From assembly GCA_020184695.1 (NCBI GenBank), contig JAANOX010000098.1, positions 62,001-126,000 on the forward strand: a stretch of DNA of 64,000 bases, in the 5' to 3' direction. A program made the translations under genes and the position numbers. Of this stretch, positions 21,886 through 32,859 are shown one piece after another. The notes under the pieces were generated by a model. The model searched no databases and was not told the DNA's origin. It was given only the letters and a program-made list of their open reading frames with translations. Positions within the stretch are counted from its first letter, which is position 1. Each line of letters starts with the position of its first letter. The DNA comes from Histomonas meleagridis 2922-C6/04-290x. Its lineage: Eukaryota; Protista; Parabasalia.

Positions 21886-24690
21886 ATGATTTTTATTATC
21901 TTACCATTATTACTTGGCTTTAGTAAAGAGGCTTCGGATTCATTTGATGTAATGACTTTCTTAGTTGGTGGATACACACTTCATGACTTATCAACTATAT
22001 TTAATTTTGATGATGAAGAAGTTGTTAGAATTCTTCATTCAATCAACCCAGACTCAAATGTAAGAGAATTGTTTACAGCACCAGATAGTTTAATATATGG
22101 TTTTTATCGTATTCATATTTTAATGTCAGCATTTCTTACAGAATTTACAGATTCAATGATTCCTAACATTGGGTCCATGTTTGATGCATTTTCTTCATTT
22201 TTTTTGTTCGCCAATCTTGACGTAGATATAGTCAGAGAAATCATGTATTCTATTCAACCAGGAATGTCTATACTTGACACCTTTGCTGAATACGGATATA
22301 ATCTAACTGGGCTCATAAATATCTTCCATGCTTGTGAAAACTTCCTTGGATATAATGTAACATTTGATGAATTTCATACACAATTTGGCTTAACCAGCTC
22401 CCAAAAAGTTTACTTTGGAAACTTATCACAAGTTTTAAGCACCATCACTCCTGAAACAAGAATTACAATTGGATCTATCACAACTATTGTTCCATTAATT
22501 ACACTTCATTTAAGCCAAATAGTTAATGTTACCATGACAGAAGTTGGTCCTTTAGCTCCTGTTGCAAACAAGATGTTTAACTTTACTGAAAATACGCTTA
22601 GTCAAAGATACATATATTGGAAAGAATTTTATAACTATTTTTCCACAAACTCACTCATTGAGATTTTCCCTCCAATGGTTCCAGAGCTTATGGATTCACT
22701 TGACTCACAAATTGATAATCTCAAGTATTGCAAATTGACAGCCGATATACTTTTCTATGATATTATTGGTTTTCCATTTAATTGGACGCAAACCATTGTC
22801 AACTTTGCATCTGCCATATTAGAACCTAAGAATGTTTTTAACATGTTTTATGACATATCGAATTTGTTAGGGGTTAATTTAACGGGCGCCGCGGTTGTTC
22901 CACTTTTTGAGATCATTGAATCGTGTTTTGATTTTGTGACAAACCCCACATCAAATTTCTATGGTTTATTTGAGTCTCTCATCTCCAATCTAAACTCTCT
23001 TATCGGGATTATCATCACATCAGCTGATAATCCTGCATTAAGTCAACTCATTGGAGCGATTAATCTTAACTTAAATTCAAGTGTTGAAGAATTTAATAAT
23101 TTCATTCAAGATCTTTCAAATGATGTACCACTTGCTCAATGTCAATCTCAGAACATTGCGCCAATTGTATCTCTTTTACCTATGTTAGGAAACTTCCAAA
23201 TCCAAATGTTAACATCAATTTTATCAATCAACACAACCAAAATCCAACAAATCCAACCAATTATTAATGTTTTACAATATCTACCACTTCCTTCTTTGAT
23301 TTCTATGATTGGTATTGATGGCACAACTGTTTTAAATTATGTTTCATCTATTATTAATTCATCTCTTCCATTTCTTACACAGTTTGGATTTGATTCACAG
23401 AAACTGCAAAATTTGATTGGTTTACTTCAATCTCCAGATGTCAAATTACCGCAAATCCTTGAAAGTCAAAATCCAGGCTCATCAAGCATCATCACATTTA
23501 TCTCTGAGTTTCTTAATAACTTCTTAGCGGGAGGTAATCCGATTAGTACACTATTTACATCTTCTACAGAGACAAGTTTCATCAACTTAAAATCATTTTA
23601 TGAAACAGCAACAACGCCAACATCGACAATCACTTCGCTTATTACGTCACTTGAAGGTAATGGCGAGTATACAATCTATGACATGATACCAATTGACAAA
23701 TTCATTAATGGCGTCAAATTGACAGCAAACAACGAACAGCCATTGATTAGTTCGAACATTATCCGAAATTCGCAACTTACACTTGAAGAACTGCAAAGTC
23801 TTCAATCAATGTATCAATTGTTATATAACATTCACACGATATTACCAACTATCATTGAGCAAATGATACCGAACATTAACATTAGTTCTCGATATCAATC
23901 GATATGTAACTTATTACGTAAACTTCGTCAAGTTACATTTGTTGGTGTTGAAGATTTGATACCAATTTTTTCTGTTAATAATGAAACCAAATATAATGTA
24001 ACTAAGATCACAACAACGAATAATACAATGAAAGAAATAACAATAAATTATTCAGCATCAATTAAAGCTGAAGATGGAAATGAATTAATAATTAATAACA
24101 TCGAAGTTAATGATAATGCATATGTATCATTTACTAACTTAACAATCACAAATAATTTAATCATGAAAGATGCATCGATAATATCACCTGAAAATATGTA
24201 CGAACATATTAACATTAACAATAACTTAATCATTAACATTAATATATTTAATGATATAACTCCGTTAATTAATTTGGGTAATTATCAATTGATAAATGAA
24301 AACAAAATCCCAAAGTTAATTAACGTATCAATAAATATCGAAAATTTAAAGACAACTGAAGCAAATAATTTGTTCGCTAACGGAAAGACATTAATAGCTG
24401 CAAGAGGAAACTTCGAATGCAGCAAATGGCTAAGCGTGGCATCGTTGGCGCAAAGAGGTTCGGCAACTGCACTGTCGCTGAGGTGCACAAGAACAAGAAC
24501 AGGAATGGAGACAGATGAAGTCGAAGAGCACCAACTGGTGGTCGCGGCGCCGTCGAATGAGGACTTCGAAGAAGGAGTGCTGCCGGAGCTGGCGGGAGGT
24601 GCAATCGCGGGAATTGTCGTGGGATGCGTCCTCGTGGTAATCGTAGTCATTTTACTGTTTGTTTTCGCTAAAAAGGCAAATTGGAAGTAA
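21886..24690 (+). CDS. Large type I membrane/surface protein, unknown function
   Basis: Signal-like MIFIILPLLLGFS, ~880-aa ectodomain, TM GGAIAGIVVGCVLVVIVVILLFVFA, tail KKANWK. Confidence 0.75.
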   Translation: MIFIILPLLLGFSKEASDSFDVMTFLVGGYTLHDLSTIFNFDDEEVVRILHSINPDSNVRELFTAPDSLIYGFYRIHILMSAFLTEFTDSMIPNIGSMFDAFSSFFLFANLDVDIVREIMYSIQPGMSILDTFAEYGYNLTGLINIFHACENFLGYNVTFDEFHTQFGLTSSQKVYFGNLSQVLSTITPETRITIGSITTIVPLITLHLSQIVNVTMTEVGPLAPVANKMFNFTENTLSQRYIYWKEFYNYFSTNSLIEIFPPMVPELMDSLDSQIDNLKYCKLTADILFYDIIGFPFNWTQTIVNFASAILEPKNVFNMFYDISNLLGVNLTGAAVVPLFEIIESCFDFVTNPTSNFYGLFESLISNLNSLIGIIITSADNPALSQLIGAINLNLNSSVEEFNNFIQDLSNDVPLAQCQSQNIAPIVSLLPMLGNFQIQMLTSILSINTTKIQQIQPIINVLQYLPLPSLISMIGIDGTTVLNYVSSIINSSLPFLTQFGFDSQKLQNLIGLLQSPDVKLPQILESQNPGSSSIITFISEFLNNFLAGGNPISTLFTSSTETSFINLKSFYETATTPTSTITSLITSLEGNGEYTIYDMIPIDKFINGVKLTANNEQPLISSNIIRNSQLTLEELQSLQSMYQLLYNIHTILPTIIEQMIPNINISSRYQSICNLLRKLRQVTFVGVEDLIPIFSVNNETKYNVTKITTTNNTMKEITINYSASIKAEDGNELIINNIEVNDNAYVSFTNLTITNNLIMKDASIISPENMYEHININNNLIININIFNDITPLINLGNYQLINENKIPKLINVSINIENLKTTEANNLFANGKTLIAARGNFECSKWLSVASLAQRGSATALSLRCTRTRTGMETDEVEEHQLVVAAPSNEDFEEGVLPELAGGAIAGIVVGCVLVVIVVILLFVFAKKANWK

Positions 24691-24723
24691 TAAAATTTCT
24701 ATAAATTCATTTTAATAATTTAA

Positions 24724-26217
24724 ATGTAATGTAACGATAAATATTTATTTTGATATGTAATGTAACGATAAATATTTATTTGGATGTGTAATGTAACGAT
24801 AAATATTTATTTTGATATGTAATGTAACGATAAATATTTATTTTGATATGTAATGTAACGATAAATATTTATTTGGATGTGTAATGTAACGATAAATATT
24901 TATTTTGATATGTAATGTAATGATAAATATTTATTTGGATATGTAATGTAACGATAAATATTTATTTGGATATGTAATGTAATGATAAATATTTATTTGG
25001 ATGTGTAATGTAATGATAAATATTTATTTGGATGTGTAATGTAACGATAAATATTTATTTGGATATGTAATGTAATGATAAATATTTATTTGGATGTGTA
25101 ATGTAATGATAAATATTTATTTGGATGTGTAATGTAATGATAAATATTTATTTTGATATGTAATGTAATGATAAATATTTATTTGGATGTGTAATGTAAT
25201 GATAAATATTTATTTGGATATGTAATGTAACGATAAATATTTATTTGGATGTGTAATGTAATGATAAATATTCATTTGGATGTGTAATGTAATGATAAAT
25301 ATTTATTTTGATATGTAATGTAATGATAAATATTTATTTTGATATGTAATGTAATGATAAATATTTATTTTGATATGTAATGTAATGATAAATATTTATT
25401 TGGATGTGTAATGTAATGATAAATATTTATTTGGATATGTAATGTAATGATAAATATTTATTTGGATGTGTAATGTAATGATAAATATTTATTTTGATAT
25501 GTAATGTAATGATAAATATTTATTTGGATGTGTAATGTAATGATAAATATTTATTTGGATATGTAATGTAACGATAAATATTTATTTGGATGTGTAATGT
25601 AATGATAAATATTTATTTGGATGTGTAATGTAACGATAAATATTTATTTTGATATGTAATGTAATGATAAATATTTATTTGGATATGTAATGTAATGATA
25701 AATATTTATTTGGATGTGTAATGTAATGATAAATATTTATTTGGATGTGTAATGTAATGATAAATATTTATTTGGATATGTAATGTAATGTTAAATATTT
25801 ATTTGGATATGTAATGTAATGATAAATATTTATTTGGATGTGTAATGTAATGATAAATATTTATTTGGATGTGTAATGTAATGATAAATATTTATTTTGA
25901 TATGTAATGTAATGATAAATATTTATTTGGATGTGTAATGTAATGATAAATATTTATTTGGATATGTAATGTAACGATAAATATTTATTTGGATGTGTAA
26001 TGTAATGATAAATATTTATTTGGATATGTAATGTAATGATAAATATTTATTTTGATATGTAATGTAATGATAAATATTTATTTTGATATGTAATGTAATG
26101 ATAAATATTTATTTGGATATGTAATGTAATGATAAATATTTATTTGGATATGTAATGTAATGATAAATATTTATTTGGATGTGTAATGTAATGATAAATA
26201 TTAACTTGGATGTGTAA
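24724..26217. repeat. Minisatellite, 31-nt unit, ~48 copies
   Basis: Unit [A/G]TGTAATGTAA[C/T]GATAAATATTTATTT[T/G]GAT, contiguous without spacers. Confidence 0.97.
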
Positions 26218-26387
26218 CATGCCACTTCATCTAACATTCAGATAATTGCATAAATTAAGGAAACGTAAGAGTTTTACAAAATGTATAAAAATACATGAAA
26301 TTCTTTTCTGAAGTAAGAATTTCATGATTCAAATAATCAATGTCACTTATTTATAACATAAAATAAGTAAAGGATTTTTATTCATTA

Positions 26388-28997
26388 TTATTGATGTTCA
26401 CATAATAATTTTCCAATTTCTGTATGTCCATTTATTGTTGCATAACTAAGTGCTGTATTAAATAATTTTAAGAATTTCCAAATATTGTTTTGAAACATTA
26501 AATCATCAATCTATGCCTTAAATAAAACAAATAAATATCTTTTGCATTGACATCAATACTTTCTTGTTCAAGAAGTAATTTTACTACATTTATTCGGCCA
26601 TTTTTAGATGCTTTCATAAGTGCTGTATTAAATAATTTAAACAATTTCCAAATATTATTTTGAGAAATCAAATTATGAAAATAAATTTTAAATGAATCAT
26701 GCTAGTATCTTTAGCATTAATATCAATTCCTTTTTGTTTAAGCAATAATTTAACGATTTTTTTTTGTCCTTCAATAGATGCACTCATAAGTGCTGTCCAA
26801 AATAATTTAAATAATTTCCAAATATTATTTTAAAATATAAAATTATTATAATAAAAACTATCTTTAGCATTAATATCAATTCCTTCTTGTTCAAGAAGTA
26901 ATTTAACTATTTCTAAGTGACCATTGAATGATGCAGAACTAAGTGCTGTCCAAAATAATTTAAATAATTTCCAAATATTATTTTGAAATATCAAATTATT
27001 TAAATAAATATCAAATAAAGTAAATAAATACCTTTACCATTGATATCAATTCGTTTTTGGTTGAGAATTAATTTCACCATATCTATATGATCCATTAATG
27101 CTGAAAAATTAAATCCCTCTTGAAATAATTTAAGCAAATTCCATATATTATTTTGAAATAAAAAATTATTATGATAAATCATAATTAAAACAAATCAATA
27201 TCTTCTTTATAACAAATACCTTTTTGTTCAAGAAGTAATGTAACTATTTCTGCATGACCATGTTTAAATGCATAATCAAGTGCTGTTCCAAATATAACTG
27301 TGAAATTTCAAATTATTGAAATAAATTTCAAACAAAACATATAAAAACCTATCGCATTAATATTAACACCTTCATGTTCGAGAAGTAATTTAACCATGTC
27401 GATATAACCTCTTTCACATGAATACATAAGTGCTGTTTTAAATAATTTAAATAATTTCCAAATATTATTTTGAAATAAGAAAATATTAAAATAAGTATTA
27501 AATAAAACAAATAAATATTTTTAGAATTAATATCAATTCCTTCTTGTTCAAGAAGTAATTTAACTATTTCTAAGTGACCATTGAATGATGCAGAACTAAG
27601 TGCTGTCCAAAATAATTTAAATAATTTCCAAATATTATTTTGAAATATCAAATTATTTAAATAAATATCAAATAAAACAAATAAATATTTTTAAAATTAA
27701 TATCAATTCCTTCTTGTTTTAGAAGTAATTTAACTATTTCTGTACGACCATTTTCGGATGCATTCATAAGTGCAGTTTCAAATAATATAAATAAATTCCA
27801 AATATTCTTCAAAAACAAAAGAAAATTATTAAAATAAATATCTTGCATATTTATATCAATTCCTTTTATTTCCAAAAGATATTTTACAAGCTCAATATTC
27901 CTCGAGCGTGACGCGAAAGTTAAAATATTTTTAGGTGTTCGAAATGACCCAAGAAAATATTTAACAAGAAATAGATTCCCATTTCTTGCAGCTTCACCAA
28001 TAATATCATCATTTATTTCCATTCCTTTTTTATGCAAAAACAAAAAAATTTCGTAATTATGACAAGAAATACACTTTTTTCCGAAATATTCTAAATTAGT
28101 GACTCCTTCGATTTTATTTTCATAAAGATAACTAAATATATCATTTCGGTGGTATTTGATTGCTGTTTCATATGCATCTTCAAATGATGAATGATTTTGT
28201 TCACATAAATGAATAATTTCTTCATTTCCACCTGCAACTGCATATTTACTTGTATTCTCAAGCTTGGAACCATTCATAAGTAAAAACTTAAAACATTTAA
28301 CTGAAGAAAAAAATGCTGCATAATCAATTAATGTCACATTTTCATGATTAATAAATGAACATCTTTCATAAAGTGATGGCTTAATTGTTTGATCAAAATC
28401 AAAATTTGGTTGTGATGATATTTCTTGAAGTTTTTCGATTTCATCATTTCGAATTATTTTTGCTATTTCATTCGGATTATGTCCTTCTTTAATTAACTTC
28501 TTATGTAGTTCCCAATCATTCTTTGAAAGTTCATTGAAATTTTTGCTGATTTTATACCAATCTCTATATTTTCTTAGTTTATAAATTTCTTCTCTTGTCT
28601 TATATTGGGCAAAATAGGGATTATTTTTAACAATTTTTGGGTTAACAAAATTAAGTTCAATCATTCTATAAAGAAGATAATATGATTCTTGTGTATATTG
28701 GTGAAGAAGAAATTGGATGAATACATCAAATATTTTGTATTTATGTTTATTGTTATCTTCTAATATTTTTATTCCTTTCATAAAATCTAAATATATGTCA
28801 GAATCTTTTATTCTTATAACAAATAATGTGTATATCATTTCGCTAATTATCATCATTGAGGAAAGTGGATAATTTTCATCAATTTTGCTAATTATTATTT
28901 GTGATAAAATAGAAATATTTCCTATATTTAAAGAAAAAATTATTTGCATTAACGATGATAGAGAATCCAAGCTTGGATTTTTTTCTTCTGTAGACAT
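26388..28997 (-). CDS. DUF3447-ankyrin repeat gene; ankyrin array interrupted by 9 spacers
   Basis: ORF 27657..28997 has the DUF3447-type block (LIDYAAFFSSVKCFKFLL...YAVAGGNEEIIHLCE). Downstream are 87-90-nt ankyrin modules and a terminal half repeat TALSYATINGHTEIGKLLCEHQ*. Confidence 0.8.
26457..27839 (-). other. Ankyrin-interrupting spacer elements, array 1
   Basis: 27777-27839 (63 nt), 27607-27686 (80), 27437-27516 (80), 27287-27346 (60), 27120-27199 (80), 26950-27029 (80), 26797-26859 (63), 26627-26706 (80), 26457-26536 (80). Confidence 0.85.
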
Positions 28998-29086
28998 TTA
29001 TAGTGATTTAATATTATATTTATTTTTCCAATAAAACATTCAATAGATTATAATCGTTCGGGAAAGAAATGTGATATGAAAATATA

Positions 29087-29311
29087 ATGGAAAACGAAGA
29101 ATTACTATGGAAATCAAGAGTGTTGGAGGAAAGGGCACAAGAATTAGTCGAATGGAAAATGATTACTGAAATGCAGCTAAAAAGTCAGATTGAAAGACTA
29201 CAGAAAACATTAGAAAGACAAAAAATTGGAAACTCAAAACTTAAAGAACACTTGCAAATGCTAAATGAAGAAATGGAAGGATTGTCAAAGCTGAGGGAAA
29301 GCATCTCTTAA
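29087..29311 (+). CDS. Small coiled-coil protein
   Basis: 74-aa ATG ORF with heptad E/K/L pattern and coding-like composition. Confidence 0.4.
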   Translation: MENEELLWKSRVLEERAQELVEWKMITEMQLKSQIERLQKTLERQKIGNSKLKEHLQMLNEEMEGLSKLRESIS

Positions 29312-29450
29312 ATAATCATTTTCTATTTTGCATAAAACTAATGTATTTGTTTCAAATAATCTCAACAATAATAACACAAATACTTATTTTTATATGATAT
29401 CAATAAAACTTATCATTTTCCTTTTTTATGAATAAAAATAATTTTTGAAC

Positions 29451-30059
29451 TTATTCCATTTGTTCCCAATTCCTATCTCGTGCTTTTCTTGCTTTTTCAA
29501 CCTTCCTTGTCACCTCTGGATCTTCTGCTATCTCTGACAGTGAGATTTTCTGATTGCATCCAATTGCTGGACATATAACATGTCTTTTACCTTGTTGATT
29601 CTGTTGTCTAATATACTTCACAATTGCATCTTTGTCATAAACATGATGACAAATCTTTGAAACAACTGGATGTTCTGGGAGAGCTGATGTGATCGGGCAA
29701 ATTAATCCAGCAGATGATTCAGAGTCATCAAGCTCCACATCTTCATCATCTCTTATTTCTTTACCAACTGATTTCATTAATTGTTCTTTTTGGCTTTTTA
29801 ATTCTCTGGATTTTAAAAATTTTATGCGCTCATATTCTTGTATTACTGATTCATATGGAACTTCTGGAGGATTTTCCTGCAATACATCTGTGTAAATTTC
29901 AAAATCTTGTTGCAAATCGACCAACTGAGAATAAACAGTTTTCATTTCATTAGTTGTTGATTTCATATTATTTGCCCTTGCTTCTTCCCATACTTCGCTA
30001 CATGATTTTAAGCATTCTTGGATTTGATTTCTTACAAAATTGTGATTTTGGGAACTCAT
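29451..30059 (-). CDS. NSE2: Nse2/Mms21 SP-RING SUMO E3 ligase (Smc5/6 subunit)
   Basis: Helical N-terminus plus LICPIT...HPVVSKICHHVYDKDAI...CPAIGC SP-RING. Confidence 0.85.
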   Translation of the reverse strand: MSSQNHNFVRNQIQECLKSCSEVWEEARANNMKSTTNEMKTVYSQLVDLQQDFEIYTDVLQENPPEVPYESVIQEYERIKFLKSRELKSQKEQLMKSVGKEIRDDEDVELDDSESSAGLICPITSALPEHPVVSKICHHVYDKDAIVKYIRQQNQQGKRHVICPAIGCNQKISLSEIAEDPEVTRKVEKARKARDRNWEQME

Positions 30060-30332
30060 AAAACCTGGGATGCTGCGACCGTTAAATCATATGATTTTTT
30101 GATCAAAAAAATCTTTAGTTTTGATTTAGAAATCTATACAAGATGCTTAAAAACTATACAAGATGAGTTATTAAATTTGTAATGAAATGCTCCAATCCAT
30201 TGGAATTGTTACTTCTATTATATTAACAACCATTAATTCCACAAAAGCTGCGTGTATCAACATACCATTAATAGTTAATTTGTTTTAGAATTAAATATTA
30301 TATCAAAACAAAATGAAAAATCAACAAAAGAT

Positions 30333-31574
30333 TTACATAATCTGTGGTGGTTCATGAATAAGAATATGATCATTTGCCACAAAAAAGTTATGATTCATAT
30401 CAACAAGAACCAAAGATCTATCAAATCCGAAGACAACTCCTCCATTTTCAAACACTCCATGCACAATCACAGCAAACATTCCATTGTACAATTGGCTGGA
30501 GTTTACCCTGGCGGGCCTTGCCTTAAACCCATTTGGAAAGTAAAAGTTCATAGTTTCTTTAATTTTCTCAATTCCCACAAATCGATTTTTATCCTCAAAA
30601 ATATCGTTCACTAAATTTTGATTCACATAGTGGAAAAACTCACAAAAATGATAGCTTGCTTTTGCAGTTATCGAAAAAACAGCGTTTTGGTAATAAAACG
30701 AAGACAAATCATCAATTGGATTCCAAAGCTTATTAAATAATTGGCATATGAAACGATTAGTAGGGAACTGTGTTATGTCAAGTGTTACAATGGGAAAGTC
30801 ATCTAATGTAACAGGTGGAGGTTGTGGATTAGATTTGATCACAAAAATAGGATGTGGTGGAATAACTTGTGGCTGTTTCTCTTGACGTGAAAAATCAAAT
30901 TGAGGGTAATTTAACGTGAAATTTTTAACTGGTTTAATATTAATTTCTGGATTATCTGTTATCACTTGAATACCAGGAAATAAATAATCTTTGTCTTGCT
31001 CATAAAAGGTGGCTTCATCAAACAGATTTCCACTGAGATTTATGGTTTGTACAGAGTCAAAAAAATAATTAAATAATCTGAAGCCATCAAGTTTGGGAAT
31101 ATCAGAATTGGAAAAGTTAAATTTGGCTGGATGGAGATCATTTTGATCACAGTATACTGATATCATAAATAAAGCTGTTGATATATTTGGTGCAAAATTT
31201 ATTGTCATTGATCTTGGGAGTTTAAGCTTAAGTTCACTTAAATCAACTAAATCATTGTTCACATAATTTGGTATTTGGTTCCAAAAATGCTGAAGACTTT
31301 GATCTAAAGTATCTGATATTGAAGTCATTGTGATTTTTAGAATTTTATTTTTATGCTGCTGCTTTACCTGGGAGTATTCCGATAAAATTTTAGATGCACC
31401 AAAAGAAGGAACTTCAACAGCAATAAAAGGTAAATTTGAACTGATTGGCAAAATATTACATTGTTCTCGTGTAACTTCTTCAAACCTTGCATTATCAAAA
31501 ATGGAATCAAGTGCACTTGTATCTCCAGGGATTGTTGGCCCTATTAAAACGCCGATTTTTCTTTTTGGTATCAT
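30333..31574 (-). CDS. NXF1/Mex67-like mRNA export factor (LRR + NTF2-like)
   Basis: LRR strand TINLSGNLF; NTF2-like C-terminus (SSFYYQNAVFSIT...FDRSLVL...FFVANDHILI). Confidence 0.6.
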   Translation of the reverse strand: MIPKRKIGVLIGPTIPGDTSALDSIFDNARFEEVTREQCNILPISSNLPFIAVEVPSFGASKILSEYSQVKQQHKNKILKITMTSISDTLDQSLQHFWNQIPNYVNNDLVDLSELKLKLPRSMTINFAPNISTALFMISVYCDQNDLHPAKFNFSNSDIPKLDGFRLFNYFFDSVQTINLSGNLFDEATFYEQDKDYLFPGIQVITDNPEINIKPVKNFTLNYPQFDFSRQEKQPQVIPPHPIFVIKSNPQPPPVTLDDFPIVTLDITQFPTNRFICQLFNKLWNPIDDLSSFYYQNAVFSITAKASYHFCEFFHYVNQNLVNDIFEDKNRFVGIEKIKETMNFYFPNGFKARPARVNSSQLYNGMFAVIVHGVFENGGVVFGFDRSLVLVDMNHNFFVANDHILIHEPPQIM

Positions 31575-31641
31575 ATCCGGTTTTTTTAGGTGTTTGAACC
31601 AAATTTGTCGTCAAAAAAATGAAATATCATGTGAAATATAT

Positions 31642-32661
31642 ATGTATTATGTTTCTGGAAGTTCTTCTTCAAACAAATTAAAATTGGAAGAACTAATTGA
31701 AGAAATGATAAAAACAGAAAGATCTATAATGGAAAAGACAAATATATTTGTGCAAGAAATGAAACCATATATTGAAAAAAAAGAAGCAAAGAAAAAAAAT
31801 AAAGTCAAAGACCTAAAGTATATAGTAGATTTATATGAAGTATATAATAAGTTTGAAAAAGCAATCATCGAATATCAAAATCCAACATTATTAGATTTTT
31901 CAAATTCGTTTTTTTCTATTCAAGAACTTCAAACAAAATTAACAGACTTAAATACATCTATGCCTGATTCAAACGGCATATCAAAACTATATAAAAATTA
32001 TCGTAAAATGAAAATTTTTAAAAATTATCCACAAGATTTTTCAAATATTCTTTATTGGATAGACTTATTTTATCACATTACGTTCAGGTGGGAAAAATTT
32101 TGGCGAATTGCTCTTTTATTTATTGATAACAACGATCTCAACCAAACACTTTATGTTCAATGTCGGAATATGTTCAAAGTTATCAATCAAGGAAAGGCAT
32201 GTGAGCGTAGTGAAGTTAAATTCCAGAAACAATTGAATCAATTGATGCAATATTCAAAAGACATTAATATTAATGAGTGTTCTCTCCAATGGTGTTCAAA
32301 AGGCAATATCATAAGCATCTCAAATTCTAAAGAAAAGAAAGAACAATCCCTTTTGTTCTTGTTTAAGGATCGAATTGCACTTTTGAACCTTGATGAGAAA
32401 TACGTTAAAATTCTCAATTTACATAATTCAGCACTTGTCAATTCCATTATGTTTAACAAGTCACGTAATGTTATTGATGTTCTTGGGACTGAATTTAGCT
32501 TTCCTTTTGAACCATTAAATGAAAATGAGGCTGAATGTTTATGGAATAATTGGATTATTTTAGGTGGTACAAAACAATTAAACTACGATTTTTTCCAGCC
32601 AATTTGTTTAAGAAAAGGTGCTAAAACAACAGATTTGGAATGGGTTGAAATTAATGAATAA
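31642..32661 (+). CDS. Divergent DH-PH (RhoGEF-like) protein
   Basis: EELIEEMIKTERSIMEKT resembles the DH start; PH-like SLLFLFKDRIALL. Start moved to ATG 31642 to avoid overlap. Confidence 0.5.
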   Translation: MYYVSGSSSSNKLKLEELIEEMIKTERSIMEKTNIFVQEMKPYIEKKEAKKKNKVKDLKYIVDLYEVYNKFEKAIIEYQNPTLLDFSNSFFSIQELQTKLTDLNTSMPDSNGISKLYKNYRKMKIFKNYPQDFSNILYWIDLFYHITFRWEKFWRIALLFIDNNDLNQTLYVQCRNMFKVINQGKACERSEVKFQKQLNQLMQYSKDININECSLQWCSKGNIISISNSKEKKEQSLLFLFKDRIALLNLDEKYVKILNLHNSALVNSIMFNKSRNVIDVLGTEFSFPFEPLNENEAECLWNNWIILGGTKQLNYDFFQPICLRKGAKTTDLEWVEINE

Positions 32662-32859
32662 AATGTTTGAAATTTTCCGTTAATATTTTAAAAAAGAAAA
32701 ATCATTTATTGCAAGAAATTAATATAAAAAAATAGTAATGATTACAATTATTGCGATGATTTGTTCTCTGATCTCTGTCATCCCAAGAAAAGTGCCATGT
32801 CAAATGAATTGCGTTTGTCGTCTTTCATTTGCATAGTTTACTCATATCATTAGATTTTC

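Noticed and set aside
24724-26217. CRISPR-like array
   Set aside because: 31-nt units are directly contiguous with no unique spacers, no cas genes, eukaryotic context.
31330-31641. Long overlaps between opposite-strand genes (also 48279-48411, 52524-52542)
   Set aside because: They disappear when downstream ATG starts with promoter motifs are used.
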